A stretch of DNA of 64,000 nucleotides from Gammaproteobacteria bacterium (GTDB taxonomy: Bacteria; Pseudomonadota; Gammaproteobacteria; Eutrophobiales; Eutrophobiaceae): contig JBDNFW010000039.1 in the NCBI GenBank assembly GCA_041689615.1, positions 32,465 to 96,464 on the forward strand, written 5' to 3'. The notes beneath the pieces were generated by a model. The model was not told the DNA's origin, did no database searches, and saw only the letters and a program-made list of their open reading frames with translations. Shown here one piece after another: positions 12,455-23,827 of the stretch; positions within the stretch are counted from its first letter, which is position 1; every line of letters begins with the position of its first letter. Both the position numbers and the translations under genes were made by a program.

Positions 12455-13711
12455 CTACGCACTTTTTTCTTTAAAGAAATCGTGAATCGATAGCGACAAG
12501 TGTTGCGCGACTTCCTTTTGATGATTTGCAAGATGAACTTTCAATTTATTTGAAAGTTTATCCTGTCCTAACTCATAATCCGATATAGGCAAGCGAACAG
12601 GTAATACAGAGTGTAAATCATAAAGACTGGTTTCTTTCATATCTTTAGATAACAGCCATTCTCCATTTGAACTCTGATTGACCCATTTTATTCTTTGTAA
12701 ATGTTCTAGCAGTTCATTCATTTGATAATGCGGTAATGAAATAGAACTCTTTCTCAATTCAGTAACAGAAATCGTCTGCCCTTTTCTTTGCGCCTCATAC
12801 AATAAATCGAGAACTCGTAATACATCAAGAAAAGTCCAGCCGCCTTTACTACGGTGTTTAATTTCATCCTCCAAGCGAAAGGAAGAAAGACAAAAGGTAA
12901 TATGCGCACCGAATAAAACAATCATCCACGATACATAAATCCAGATAAGAAAAAGAGGAATAATCGCAATTGCACCGTAAATATTTTCATAACTTGGCAT
13001 TTCCCGTACATAGATTCCAAAACCATATTTGGCAAATTCAAAAAGTATTGCGCAAATGAAACCCCCAATAAACGCATGCTTTTTAGATACAAAGCAGTTT
13101 GGAATCAAAATATAAAGCAAAGAGAATGCTATCGATGTTGTTACAAAAGGAAGCCAACTAAGAAGTCGGGCTTTTAGGTTCCACGTTGTATCAACATCTG
13201 CAACAGCGGGCAAAGAAAGCAAGTATGATGTCGAAGCTAAACCCACACCTATTAACAAAGGTCCCATCGTCAACACAGACCAATAGACCAGCAAACGTGC
13301 AACCGGGTTACGCCTTTTCTTTACGATCCAAATCCGATTAAAGGTATTATCAATTGTCGCCATTAACATAATGGCAATCAATACTAAAACCATACTACCG
13401 GTAATCGTTAGTTTTGACGCTTTATCAGAAAAGTCAGAAAGATAGCCTTGTATCGTCCAACCAAATTCTGGAACAAAATTAGAAAAAACAAAAGTTTGTA
13501 TAGCTTCAGAAAAGTCGCTGAAAACTGAAATACTGCCAAATAAACCAAACATGACAGTAATTAGCGGAACAATTGAGAGCAGCGTTGTATAGGCAAGAGA
13601 AGATGCAGTTTGCATACCACGCAAAGCATAAAAATGACGCAGAAAAAAACGAGAAAAATAAAAAACCTTTATTACGCTCGTTTTTATAATATTAATAATG
13701 TTTTCCGACAT
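12455..13711 (-). CDS. yihY: YihY/BrkB (ribonuclease BN-like) family inner-membrane protein with C-terminal extension
   Basis: 418 aa with six or more TM helices. SSLAYTTLLSIVPL motif typical of YihY. Confidence 0.75.
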   Translation of the reverse strand: MSENIINIIKTSVIKVFYFSRFFLRHFYALRGMQTASSLAYTTLLSIVPLITVMFGLFGSISVFSDFSEAIQTFVFSNFVPEFGWTIQGYLSDFSDKASKLTITGSMVLVLIAIMLMATIDNTFNRIWIVKKRRNPVARLLVYWSVLTMGPLLIGVGLASTSYLLSLPAVADVDTTWNLKARLLSWLPFVTTSIAFSLLYILIPNCFVSKKHAFIGGFICAILFEFAKYGFGIYVREMPSYENIYGAIAIIPLFLIWIYVSWMIVLFGAHITFCLSSFRLEDEIKHRSKGGWTFLDVLRVLDLLYEAQRKGQTISVTELRKSSISLPHYQMNELLEHLQRIKWVNQSSNGEWLLSKDMKETSLYDLHSVLPVRLPISDYELGQDKLSNKLKVHLANHQKEVAQHLSLSIHDFFKEKSA

Positions 13712-13790
13712 TTCAGCTCGTCATACGGTTTTATTTTAATTATTATAATTTGATACTTAATATCACTAATATTACAGAAGGATGAAGTAA

Positions 13791-14138
13791 ATGAAAGCGA
13801 CTATCTACCACAATCCGCGTTGTTCCAAGTCCAGACAAACTCTCGCTATTCTGGAAGAGAAAGGCGTTGATATCGATATTATTGAATATTTACAGACTTC
13901 GCCTGACAAAAAAACGCTGGCAAAAATTTTAAAACAGCTAGGCATAGCCCCGTCGGCATTACTCCGAAAAGGTGAATCTGTATACAAAGAACTTAATCTC
14001 GCAGATAAATTGGATGACGATGATGCTATTCTGGATGCCATGGTTGAGAATCCAATCTTAATTGAACGACCTATCGTGCTGGCAAACGATAAAGCATGTA
14101 TTGGTCGACCACCAGAATCTGTACTCGATATTCTTTAA
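13791..14138 (+). CDS. arsC: Arsenate reductase (glutaredoxin-coupled ArsC family)
   Basis: 115 aa. IYHNPRCSKSR catalytic Cys motif, ALLRKG, PILIERPIV, RPPESVLDIL. Collinear with E. coli ArsC. Confidence 0.8.
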   Translation: MKATIYHNPRCSKSRQTLAILEEKGVDIDIIEYLQTSPDKKTLAKILKQLGIAPSALLRKGESVYKELNLADKLDDDDAILDAMVENPILIERPIVLANDKACIGRPPESVLDIL

Positions 14139-14750
<612 letters not shown>

Positions 14751-14804
14751 TAAGTCATGTGACTGCTTTCGGCTGTGACCTCAACTGATTGACGCAACAC
14801 TTTA

Positions 14805-15524
14805 TCATGACTTAATCAATTCTTTAACGAACGGAATCGTTATCTTTCTTTTTGCTGCCAGTGACGCGTGATCTATTTTATCAAGTACATCTATTAATGA
14901 ACCCAGATCGCGATCAACTCGGCGAATTAAAAACTCTATAACCTCATCGCTAAGTTCAAATGATCGTGCGTTTGCTTTTTGTTTTAGTATTTTTATTTTT
15001 AATTCATCATCCGGAGACTTAATTTGAGCAACTTGATCCCAGGCTAATCTGGATTTTAAATCTTCGACTTCGAGATCAATATTTGTTGGCGATTTATTTC
15101 CACTAATAATCATCGCATGTTTGTTATCGCGTAATTCGTTATATAACCAGGTTAATCCCTGTTGCCATTCTATCTGTCCTGCGACACATTCAAGATCATC
15201 AATACAAACTAAATCCAGTTCGCCCAAGTCGTGCAACATTTCAGCACTTAATTCAGAGAGTTGTTTTAGTGGAATGTAGGCGACATGTAGATCGTTATCT
15301 GCCGCCTGTTTACAAGCGGCTTGTAGCAGATGGGTTTTACCTGTTCCTGATTCTGCCCAAAGATAAAGACTATGTATCCCTTCTTTATTAGTAATCAGAT
15401 TGATTAACTTTAAAAGATCCTGATTTTCGCCCGGCAAGAATGACTCGAGATCATTTTTTTGAAAATCACCAAACTGAAAAGGGATCTGCGCTGAGGAAGA
15501 ATTTGGAGAAAAATCACTTGGCAT
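14805..15524 (-). CDS. hda: DnaA regulatory inactivator Hda
   Basis: 239 aa AAA+ protein. GTGKTHLLQAAC Walker A. Conserved position next to the AI-2E transporter gene and purM. Confidence 0.85.
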   Translation of the reverse strand: MPSDFSPNSSSAQIPFQFGDFQKNDLESFLPGENQDLLKLINLITNKEGIHSLYLWAESGTGKTHLLQAACKQAADNDLHVAYIPLKQLSELSAEMLHDLGELDLVCIDDLECVAGQIEWQQGLTWLYNELRDNKHAMIISGNKSPTNIDLEVEDLKSRLAWDQVAQIKSPDDELKIKILKQKANARSFELSDEVIEFLIRRVDRDLGSLIDVLDKIDHASLAAKRKITIPFVKELIKS

Positions 15525-16588
15525 CAGGGCGTGTAAAAATTACTGTCTAAATATTGTTCATGAAAATATCGAAGCAAGACAACAATTACTGCTGCTACCG
15601 GCAAAGCAATCAACATTCCAAAAAAGCCGAATAATTGTGCGCCAGCCATGACCGCAAAAATAACAGCAACCGGATGCAAACCAATTCGGTCGCCGATAAG
15701 CAAAGGCGATAACACAACGCCTTCCAGAGTTTGGCCGAAACCAAATACAATTAAGACATAAACAATATGAGCTATGTCATGAAACTGCATAAACGCGGCG
15801 ATACTGGCGATGACTATTCCAACAATAGCACCAAGATACGGTACAAAACTGACCAGACCTGCTGCCATACCAATCAATAATGAAAATTCCAGACCGACTA
15901 TCCATAAGCCAATGCTATAGATAACACCCTGAGCAAACATAACTAATAATTGTCCTCTGAAAAATTCAGACAGTACCGCATCACATTCTTTTATTAATTT
16001 AACTGAAACAGATTCATATTTTCTTGGGATCAATGTTCTAATTTTTGCAACGATAATGTCCCAGTCTCTTAACAGATAAAACGTCACTACCGGGACTAAT
16101 AAAATATAACTAGCCCAAAGTAGGATTAGTTGTCCTGATGCAGAAACTTTCGTTAAAAATTGTCCGGCAATATTTCCTACTGTCTGCCAATGTCCGGTTA
16201 AGGATTGTTTAATACCGTCCAGATTAATACTGTCAGGTTGTAAACCGAATCGTTGCGTTACCCAGGGAATAAATTCTGCCTGAACCCAGTCGATCATTTC
16301 CGGCAGACGCATTAGCAAACGTCTTATTTGTTCTTCGATTAAAGGAAATACAACCAAGATAAAAGACAGGATAATAATTAACATTAAAAAGAAAACAAAA
16401 ACGACCGATAGTGTTCTTGAAAACTTAATAGTTTCTAATCGATCTGCAGCAGGATCTCCGATGTATGCGAGAAAAGCGCTTATTATAAAAGGTGTTAATA
16501 TCGGCGCTAACAGATAAAGCAGATACCCTGTCGCAATTACGGCTACCAGAATTAACCATTTCTGAGCATCTGTTATTCGAACGCTCAT
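15524..16588 (-). CDS. AI-2E family transporter (PerM-like)
   Basis: 354 aa, eight TM helices, typical AI-2E layout. 1-bp overlap with hda. Confidence 0.8.
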   Translation of the reverse strand: MSVRITDAQKWLILVAVIATGYLLYLLAPILTPFIISAFLAYIGDPAADRLETIKFSRTLSVVFVFFLMLIIILSFILVVFPLIEEQIRRLLMRLPEMIDWVQAEFIPWVTQRFGLQPDSINLDGIKQSLTGHWQTVGNIAGQFLTKVSASGQLILLWASYILLVPVVTFYLLRDWDIIVAKIRTLIPRKYESVSVKLIKECDAVLSEFFRGQLLVMFAQGVIYSIGLWIVGLEFSLLIGMAAGLVSFVPYLGAIVGIVIASIAAFMQFHDIAHIVYVLIVFGFGQTLEGVVLSPLLIGDRIGLHPVAVIFAVMAGAQLFGFFGMLIALPVAAVIVVLLRYFHEQYLDSNFYTP

Positions 16589-17628
16589 CTTCCTAATAAA
16601 CGATAATTCAGTTGTTCGCTATTACTGACAAGTTCGAGTGTTTTACCCAGCTCAATCGTCTGGCTAAACGCCGATAAACCTCCATGACTAATAATCTCGA
16701 ACATTACTTTGCCTTCTGATACCTGCTTCACTTGCACCGAGCTAACTGCTTGCAATGACTCCAGATAAGATAAGGCTTTGGCGTATCCATCCAGGTCATT
16801 AATGTTGGAAACCATTAATTCTATTACTTCTGTACTGGTCGAACCTGTGTTGACATATTGTGACGCAAGCCTGTCAACAAGTTCATCGACACCTTCTTCT
16901 AAAACGATTTCTGCCTGTTCACCCTGAGTCGTCCAATGCATTTCCTGACCATTGAAATAGACTGACCATTGCGATTCCCATAAGGTTGGTAATGTTTGAA
17001 TTAATCTACCAGTCAAGATCACGTCTGATTGATAGCGATGGGAAGCTTTTAAAACAGGCTCTTTAAAACCACCCCAAACATCGCTGACACTCATTCTCGA
17101 GGTATCTTCAAGGTCAAGTAGGGGAAATAATAATGAAACACCTCTGGATGCAGCACGCCGGTCAAGCATAGTTATGTATTGAGGGCTTTCTTCAAAACTC
17201 ACAAGACTACGGTTCTTATTACTTTCATGTGCTAACCAAACTAAAATCGACGGACGCTCTTTTCCCCAGATGTTTAAACCATAGCTCCTGAGCGCATCAT
17301 TCAGTGCTGTTTCATCAAATTGAACCCATAATTCCTTGGACTGTGGTTGTTCATCTTTAGCCGCCTTTTCCTGATAGCGGTATTGCTGAACAAAGCGCTC
17401 AGGACTTTCAATTAACGGGCTAATTCCGCCACTACTAGCGATATTTCTATCTCCAGTCAGCTTTATTAAAGCCTGAATGAGCGCCTGTTTAATGGCTGGC
17501 TTACGTTTTGATGTTGATTCGTCACCAACTGGCGTCGTCGCCTGGTAAAGCCCTGAGACCTGAATCGCATGGACAGGTTGCGAAACAAGTAAAGTTAAAC
17601 AAATGAGTATTAATAATCTGGATTTCAT
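16585..17628 (-). CDS. Secreted DUF2066-type protein
   Basis: 347 aa. Signal peptide MKSRLLILICLTLLVSQPVHA. Conserved neighbour of hda and purM in gammaproteobacteria. Confidence 0.6.
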   Translation of the reverse strand: MKSRLLILICLTLLVSQPVHAIQVSGLYQATTPVGDESTSKRKPAIKQALIQALIKLTGDRNIASSGGISPLIESPERFVQQYRYQEKAAKDEQPQSKELWVQFDETALNDALRSYGLNIWGKERPSILVWLAHESNKNRSLVSFEESPQYITMLDRRAASRGVSLLFPLLDLEDTSRMSVSDVWGGFKEPVLKASHRYQSDVILTGRLIQTLPTLWESQWSVYFNGQEMHWTTQGEQAEIVLEEGVDELVDRLASQYVNTGSTSTEVIELMVSNINDLDGYAKALSYLESLQAVSSVQVKQVSEGKVMFEIISHGGLSAFSQTIELGKTLELVSNSEQLNYRLLGR

Positions 17629-17743
17629 AAGTACGCACGCTATTCAAGACTCGTCTTTAAGTCAAGGATTGCGGTAAAGTGGCGACACCGATACCATACA
17701 CCAAATTCTTGAAACTGCATTTGACCGACCGAAAACCAAAATA

Positions 17744-18790
17744 ATGAATAAGCCCACAGATAAAAAATTCAGCTACAAAGACGCTGGTGTTGATATTGAA
17801 CAAGGTAATGAACTGGTTCAACGACTAAAAAAGACCGCGGGCAATACTCATCGAGCCGGGGTTATGGGTGGACTTGGTGGTTTTGGCGCTTTGTTTGATC
17901 TGGGTTCATTGAATTATAAACACCCAGTACTGGTTTCAGGTACTGATGGCGTGGGCACCAAAATAAAACTTGCTATCGAACATAATATGCACGACTCGAT
18001 TGGAATCGATCTGGTTGGCATGTGTGTTAACGACTTGATAGTACAAGGCGCAGATCCTTTGTTCTTTCTGGATTACTTTGCTTGTTCCAGTCTTGATGTT
18101 GATGTTGCCGAAAAGGTTATTAATGGTATCGCTCAAGGTTGTTCATTGTCAGGCTGTAGCCTCATTGGTGGTGAAACTGCCGAGATGCCGGGGATGTATC
18201 AGGCTGGCGATTATGACTTAGCAGGATTTTGTGTTGGTGTTGTTGAAAAAGATGAATTAATAACCGGTGAAAATGTAGCTGAAGGCGATGCTATTATTGC
18301 GCTTGCTTCCAGTGGTTGTCATTCCAATGGTTATTCTCTTGTCAGAAAAATAATTGATGATACAAATCAGGATTTATCTGAAAAACTGGATGGCAAAACA
18401 CTACTCGAACTTTTTATCGAACCAACACGAATTTATGTAAAACAGATTTTAGCACTTATTAATAAAGTTCCGGTTAAAGCCATTGCGCATATTACCGGTG
18501 GTGGACTAGTCGAAAACATTCCTCGCGTTATTCCTGATAATTTATCTGTAGAAATTGACGCAAGTAGTTGGGAACTTCCACCCATTTTTAAATGGCTTCA
18601 AACAACAGGAAATATTGAAGCACATGAGATGTATAAAACATTTAATTGTGGTGTCGGTATGGTTGTTTGTGTGTCTCAAGAAAATAAGGATGAAGCAATT
18701 AGTCTTTTGAATAATATGGGTGAAACTGTTTGGGAGATTGGTAAAATAAGTTCCATTAATGGTAAGAATGCTAGCGTAACTTTTAAATAA
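17744..18790 (+). CDS. purM: Phosphoribosylformylglycinamidine cyclo-ligase (AIR synthetase)
   Basis: 348 aa. [22 protein letters not shown] motifs. Confidence 0.95.
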   Translation: MNKPTDKKFSYKDAGVDIEQGNELVQRLKKTAGNTHRAGVMGGLGGFGALFDLGSLNYKHPVLVSGTDGVGTKIKLAIEHNMHDSIGIDLVGMCVNDLIVQGADPLFFLDYFACSSLDVDVAEKVINGIAQGCSLSGCSLIGGETAEMPGMYQAGDYDLAGFCVGVVEKDELITGENVAEGDAIIALASSGCHSNGYSLVRKIIDDTNQDLSEKLDGKTLLELFIEPTRIYVKQILALINKVPVKAIAHITGGGLVENIPRVIPDNLSVEIDASSWELPPIFKWLQTTGNIEAHEMYKTFNCGVGMVVCVSQENKDEAISLLNNMGETVWEIGKISSINGKNASVTFK

Positions 18791-18851
18791 TCACCTGTCC
18801 TATAACTTATTTAATAGATACAGAATTATTACATTAGAATATAATAGTGTA

Positions 18852-20408
18852 TTAATCAGACTTATCAGTAAATTGATAAATATAAATACTATTTCCTGCA
18901 TAACCAACGGGCTCATAAAGTTTAAGCCAATCAAGATCAGCCTTGTTCCAATAAGCAAGTTTTCGGGTATATATTAAATAATGTGTACTTATTGCGTAGA
19001 TGCCATTTCCAGGATTAATTAGTTCATTTTCCGATATTTGTCGAAAAGACAAACCATATAGCCGGGGATTTATTGCACCAAAATACATTAAATTAATCGG
19101 CACCTCATCGGGAAGATTATTCTTTTGCCATTCAACAAGAGCAGGAAGGTCCTGACCCCAATCTAAATTACTATCTTCTAGTAAATTAGGACCGTTACTC
19201 GGACCACCAACAATACTATTAAAGTATGAAAGATAATGTGGGTAAGTTATAAATGTAGTAACTATGTTCCATACTAAAAATAGACTAAAGATAGTTTTTT
19301 TAAATTTGTCAGGCTTAAGATAATTATATGAGCAGGCTATAAATGAAAACAAAAATGGATAAATTGGAAGAACCCGGCGTATTCCTAAATTATGTGTATC
19401 AAAACTACAAACAAACATTATTACTCCAACTGGAACAAGTAAATAAATAATAATATCTCTTTCCGGCCTGTATCGTATGCTTACATAGGCAGAAATTACC
19501 AATAGTAATAATGTAGATAGCGGTGTCTTAGCAAGTAATGCAGCAAAGTAGTAATACCAAACCGCCCCATCCAAAACATTCCCGAAAAGATAGTAATAAG
19601 AATCTGGATTATTTCTGACATATATTTGAGATATCCCACTAACATATAACCATGGTGTAAATTTGTATCCAAAACACAATATTAACAATATAGAAAAAAT
19701 TAAAAGAATAAGCCCACGAAATAAAACATTCTTGCATCTCTTATTAAAAATAATTTCGTACAAAGTAAAAATAATAAAAATTGGGACTAAAAGTAAAGCC
19801 GTATATTTACTTAAAAATGCTAATCCAGTAACTATTCCACAAATTACCCAACGCTTATTATTTTCTGCATGTATAGCAAGGTAAAATGTATAAACAGAAA
19901 TAAACATGAATACGGTGCATCCAAGATCAGTTGTTGCTAATTGACCATGAGCAATTAAATTTGGAGAAAAACCAACCAGAATAGAGGCGATAATAGCGGG
20001 AATTGATCCTGCAATATTTTTTACAAATAAACCGGTCATAATCACTAACAATGCAAAGAGCAACTGCACAGGCAACCTTGATAAAATAGTCATCACATCA
20101 AATTTATTTACATTTTTCTCAAAAAATAGATTTGCAAATTGAACTCTATTATTTGAGTTATAGTATTCATGTGAATAATCTGGCGATTGCAAGTCCAAAA
20201 ACATCAATGGGAGTGCTGTTAGAACTTGTGTTAAGGGTGGTGTATCTGGGCTTAGTTTGAATTCTTTATTATCAAGATAACTATATCCCGATACGATAAA
20301 TGTAGGTTCATCCCACGTCAGTGATTTTGTTCTTGCTGCTGAATTAACTAAAAAAAAACTGACCGCAGTAATACCAAAAATAATAAAATATATTGTTTTT
20401 GATCGCAT
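18852..20408 (-). CDS. GT-C fold membrane glycosyltransferase, ArnT/PMT (GT83/GT39)-like, paralog A
   Basis: 518 aa, 11 or more TM. First-loop WDEPTFIVSGYSY acidic motif. C-terminal periplasmic domain LLEDSNLDWGQDLPALVEWQKNN. About 65% identical to the adjacent paralog. Confidence 0.75.
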   Translation of the reverse strand: MRSKTIYFIIFGITAVSFFLVNSAARTKSLTWDEPTFIVSGYSYLDNKEFKLSPDTPPLTQVLTALPLMFLDLQSPDYSHEYYNSNNRVQFANLFFEKNVNKFDVMTILSRLPVQLLFALLVIMTGLFVKNIAGSIPAIIASILVGFSPNLIAHGQLATTDLGCTVFMFISVYTFYLAIHAENNKRWVICGIVTGLAFLSKYTALLLVPIFIIFTLYEIIFNKRCKNVLFRGLILLIFSILLILCFGYKFTPWLYVSGISQIYVRNNPDSYYYLFGNVLDGAVWYYYFAALLAKTPLSTLLLLVISAYVSIRYRPERDIIIYLLVPVGVIMFVCSFDTHNLGIRRVLPIYPFLFSFIACSYNYLKPDKFKKTIFSLFLVWNIVTTFITYPHYLSYFNSIVGGPSNGPNLLEDSNLDWGQDLPALVEWQKNNLPDEVPINLMYFGAINPRLYGLSFRQISENELINPGNGIYAISTHYLIYTRKLAYWNKADLDWLKLYEPVGYAGNSIYIYQFTDKSD

Positions 20409-20470
20409 CCTAATATTCTAAATCAAAAAACTAGATGGTTGAATTCATACAAACAAGTTACAGAGAAAGC

Positions 20471-22027
20471 CTAATGACCAGGCTTATCAGTAAACTGATA
20501 AATGTAAATACTGTTTCCAGCATATCCAATAGGTTCATAAAACTTGAGCCAATCAAGATTGGCTTTATTCCAGTAAGCAAGTTTTCGTGTATATATCAAG
20601 TAATGTACACTAATAGCATATATGCCATTTCTTGGGTTAATTAATTCATTTCTTGGTATTAATCGATAAGATAAACCATAAAGGCTTGGATTCATCGAAC
20701 CAAAATACATTAGATTTATTGTCTCTTCAGGATAATTATTTTTTTGCCATTCAACGAGAGCAGGTAAATCCTGACCCCAATCAATATTACTGTCCTCTAA
20801 TAAATTGGGACCATTGCTCGCTCCACCAGCCAGAATATTGAAATAAGAAATATAATCTGGATAGGCAATAAGCGTGGTTATGATATTCCATACTAATAAT
20901 GTGTTAAATAGTATTACTTTTAACTTGTTAGGATTTATATAAAAATAAGCAACAGATACATAGGAAAGTAAAAAAGGATAAATAGGCAATATTCTGCGTA
21001 AACCTAAATTTGTCAGATCAAAACAACAAACAAACATAATAATTCCAACAGGAATTAGAAAATAAACAATTGCATCTTTATCGAGACGGTAACGCAGCGT
21101 TATATATACAGATATTAGTAATAATAATAATGTCGATACAGGAGTCTTAACAAGGAATGCAGCAAAATAGTAATACCAGATTGGCTTGGAAAAAACATTT
21201 CCAAAAAGGTACTGTTGATAATCTATCTTACCAACATCATAAATTTTCGATACTCCATATAGATAAAGCCAAGGCTTAAAGCCATACCCAATACAGATTA
21301 CTAATAATATAAAAAATACTAAAAGAATTAATCCACGAAGTAATATTCTTTTATTTCGACCATTGAGAAGAATTTCATACAAGACAAAAATAAAGAAAAT
21401 AGGAACTAAAAGTAAGGCTGTAAATTTACTTAATAATGCAAGTCCTGTCACTAGTCCACAAATAACCCAACATTTATAATCTTCAGAGCGTATTGCTAAA
21501 TAAAAAGTATATACCGAAATAAACATGAGTACGGTACAACCAAGATCAGTTGTTGCTAATTGACTATGTGCGATAAGATTTGGAGACAACCCTACTAAAA
21601 CGGAAGCAGCAATTGCGGGCAACGGACCTGAGAGTGTTTTTACAAATAAACCTGCCATAACCACCAGTAATGCAAAAAGCAACTGTACTGGCAATCTGGA
21701 TAAAAAGGTTATATCACTCAACTTATCTCCATTGCTTTCAAAAAACATTTGTGCAAAAGCTATTTGTCTCTCAGCGGCATAATTTGGATGCGAATAATCT
21801 GGCGATTTTAAATTCAAAAACTTTAATGGAAATGCTACTAATACTTGTAAAAAAGGCGGGGCTTCTGGATTAAGTTTTATTTCTTTGTTATCAATATAAC
21901 TATATCCAGATACAATATATGTAGGTTCATCATATGTTAGTGACTTTGTTCTTGCTGCTGAAACAACCAATAAGAAACTGAATATAGCAATGCCAATAAT
22001 AATAAAATTTATTTTATTTGACTGCAT
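20471..22027 (-). CDS. GT-C fold membrane glycosyltransferase, ArnT/PMT-like, paralog B (tandem duplicate)
   Basis: 518 aa. YDEPTYIVSGYSY. Collinear with paralog A over the full length. Confidence 0.75.
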   Translation of the reverse strand: MQSNKINFIIIGIAIFSFLLVVSAARTKSLTYDEPTYIVSGYSYIDNKEIKLNPEAPPFLQVLVAFPLKFLNLKSPDYSHPNYAAERQIAFAQMFFESNGDKLSDITFLSRLPVQLLFALLVVMAGLFVKTLSGPLPAIAASVLVGLSPNLIAHSQLATTDLGCTVLMFISVYTFYLAIRSEDYKCWVICGLVTGLALLSKFTALLLVPIFFIFVLYEILLNGRNKRILLRGLILLVFFILLVICIGYGFKPWLYLYGVSKIYDVGKIDYQQYLFGNVFSKPIWYYYFAAFLVKTPVSTLLLLLISVYITLRYRLDKDAIVYFLIPVGIIMFVCCFDLTNLGLRRILPIYPFLLSYVSVAYFYINPNKLKVILFNTLLVWNIITTLIAYPDYISYFNILAGGASNGPNLLEDSNIDWGQDLPALVEWQKNNYPEETINLMYFGSMNPSLYGLSYRLIPRNELINPRNGIYAISVHYLIYTRKLAYWNKANLDWLKFYEPIGYAGNSIYIYQFTDKPGH

Positions 22028-22096
22028 CTAAATTCCAAATAATTAAACTCAGTGATTAATTTTAGTCTGCACAATACTCTACGTTTAATAATTAAT

Positions 22097-23059
22097 TCAC
22101 TTTCGGTATTTTGATGATTTTATATCTTTTACTAAATAGAGCGGCCTGTTTTTCGTTTCGTTAAAAACTCTTCCAAGATATTCGCCAATAATACCTAAAG
22201 CTAATAATTGAATACCGCCAATAAATGCAATTAACACAACTAATGAAGGATATCCTGCGACAGGATCACCAAACATAATTTTCTTTAAAATTATAATTAC
22301 GGCGAAAATTAACCCGGCAAAAGCAGTTAAAACTCCAAGTAATGATGCTAATCTTAGTGGCAATACAGAAAATGATGTTAGTCCTTCAAAGGCTAAATCT
22401 AGTAAACTCCAAAAATGCCATTTTGTTTCCCCAGCGTAACGTTCATCACGCTCGTAAGTAATCTCGGTTTGCGAATATCCTACCCAAGCAAATAAACCTT
22501 TCATATAACGATGCTTTTCTCGCAACTCTAATAAAGCGTCTAATGCATTTCGGCTTAGTAATCTGAAGTCACCTGTATCTTTTGGAATTTTTATATCACT
22601 TAACTGATATAGAAAACGATAATAAACAAATGACGACATTTTTTTGAATGCAGTTTCACCTTTCCTTTTGATTCTCTTAGCATTAACGACATCGTATCCA
22701 TCGTTCCATTTAACAACTAAATCAGGAATCAATTCGGGAGGATCCTGTAAGTCCGTATCAATAACAACTACAGCATCACCTGATGCATAATCTAATCCAG
22801 CAGTTAGTGCGATTTCCTTGCCAAAATTTCTGCTTAAATCAATGATGGTAATACGTGAATCGTTGTTGTGCTGCTTACTCATTATTTCTAATGTGTCATC
22901 CTGACTACCATCGTTCACGTAAATGATTTCCAGATTAACATCTAGATCATTAACTGCATCGACTAATCTTTTGTAAAACTCATCCAACCCAGCTTTTTCA
23001 TTATAAGCAGGCGCAACCACAGACAAGAGTTTTTTATTTTCTGTTTTTTTACTTTCCAT
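22097..23059 (-). CDS. GT2 polyprenyl-phosphate sugar synthase, ArnC/GtrB-like (undecaprenyl-phosphate glycosyltransferase)
   Basis: 320 aa. VVAPAYNE...YVNDGSQDDT, DTDLQDPPELIP. Two C-terminal TM helices. GEYLGRVFNETKNRPLY tail closely parallels E. coli ArnC. Confidence 0.85.
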   Translation of the reverse strand: MESKKTENKKLLSVVAPAYNEKAGLDEFYKRLVDAVNDLDVNLEIIYVNDGSQDDTLEIMSKQHNNDSRITIIDLSRNFGKEIALTAGLDYASGDAVVVIDTDLQDPPELIPDLVVKWNDGYDVVNAKRIKRKGETAFKKMSSFVYYRFLYQLSDIKIPKDTGDFRLLSRNALDALLELREKHRYMKGLFAWVGYSQTEITYERDERYAGETKWHFWSLLDLAFEGLTSFSVLPLRLASLLGVLTAFAGLIFAVIIILKKIMFGDPVAGYPSLVVLIAFIGGIQLLALGIIGEYLGRVFNETKNRPLYLVKDIKSSKYRK

Positions 23060-23061
23060 TT

Positions 23062-23793
23062 TTATATTTTCTTTGCTACAACTATTATTGAAAGACCAAA
23101 AGGAAATGTTATATTACCAATAAACCTAGATTCAAAACTGAATATTTTTTCAAAAAAAACGTTAATAAGGTTAGGCGGCATTTTTAAATCACTATCTTCC
23201 TCTGACATAATTATTTTTTGTTTCAATCTTTCGACAAGTGCTAAAGGAAATAAAAACGTATTAAAGTACGAGATATAATCAACTTTCCAACCATTATTTT
23301 CAATCAACTCTTTTAATCGCTTAACGGTATATCTTCTTTTATGATGATGTTGATCATCACGTTGAGTCCATAAAAATTGATATGCTGGCACTGTTAGAAC
23401 CAGATTTCCACTCTCCTTTACACAATCTCTCAATGCATTCAAGCTTCCAGCGTCGTCGTCAATATGTTCCAAAACATCCAATAACACCAACAAATCATTA
23501 TCTCTTCTTATATCTGCATGAATATTATCTGGCAACTCACCTTTTAATACTTGACCTACGTCTCTTACTTTCGCTTTCTCTAAAGCATTACCATCTCTTT
23601 CCATCGCGACTACATCACCATATTTCGACAAAAATGCAAGGTTATCTCCGTTACCACATCCTGCGTCCATAATATGTGAGCCTTTATCAATATCCAGCTT
23701 TTTAATAACACTTTCAATTATTTTCCGCCTTGCAACAAACCACCAATGCTGAGTTTCAACTTTATACATCTCATCAAATAATTCATTTTCCAT
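23062..23793 (-). CDS. Class I SAM-dependent methyltransferase
   Basis: 243 aa. IMDAGCGNGDN motif I. First gene of a four-gene minus-strand operon with the ArnC-like and ArnT-like genes. Confidence 0.75.
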   Translation of the reverse strand: MENELFDEMYKVETQHWWFVARRKIIESVIKKLDIDKGSHIMDAGCGNGDNLAFLSKYGDVVAMERDGNALEKAKVRDVGQVLKGELPDNIHADIRRDNDLLVLLDVLEHIDDDAGSLNALRDCVKESGNLVLTVPAYQFLWTQRDDQHHHKRRYTVKRLKELIENNGWKVDYISYFNTFLFPLALVERLKQKIIMSEEDSDLKMPPNLINVFFEKIFSFESRFIGNITFPFGLSIIVVAKKI

Positions 23794-23827
23794 AATAAAT
23801 ACTCTACGTTACTCTTATAGCGATCAT

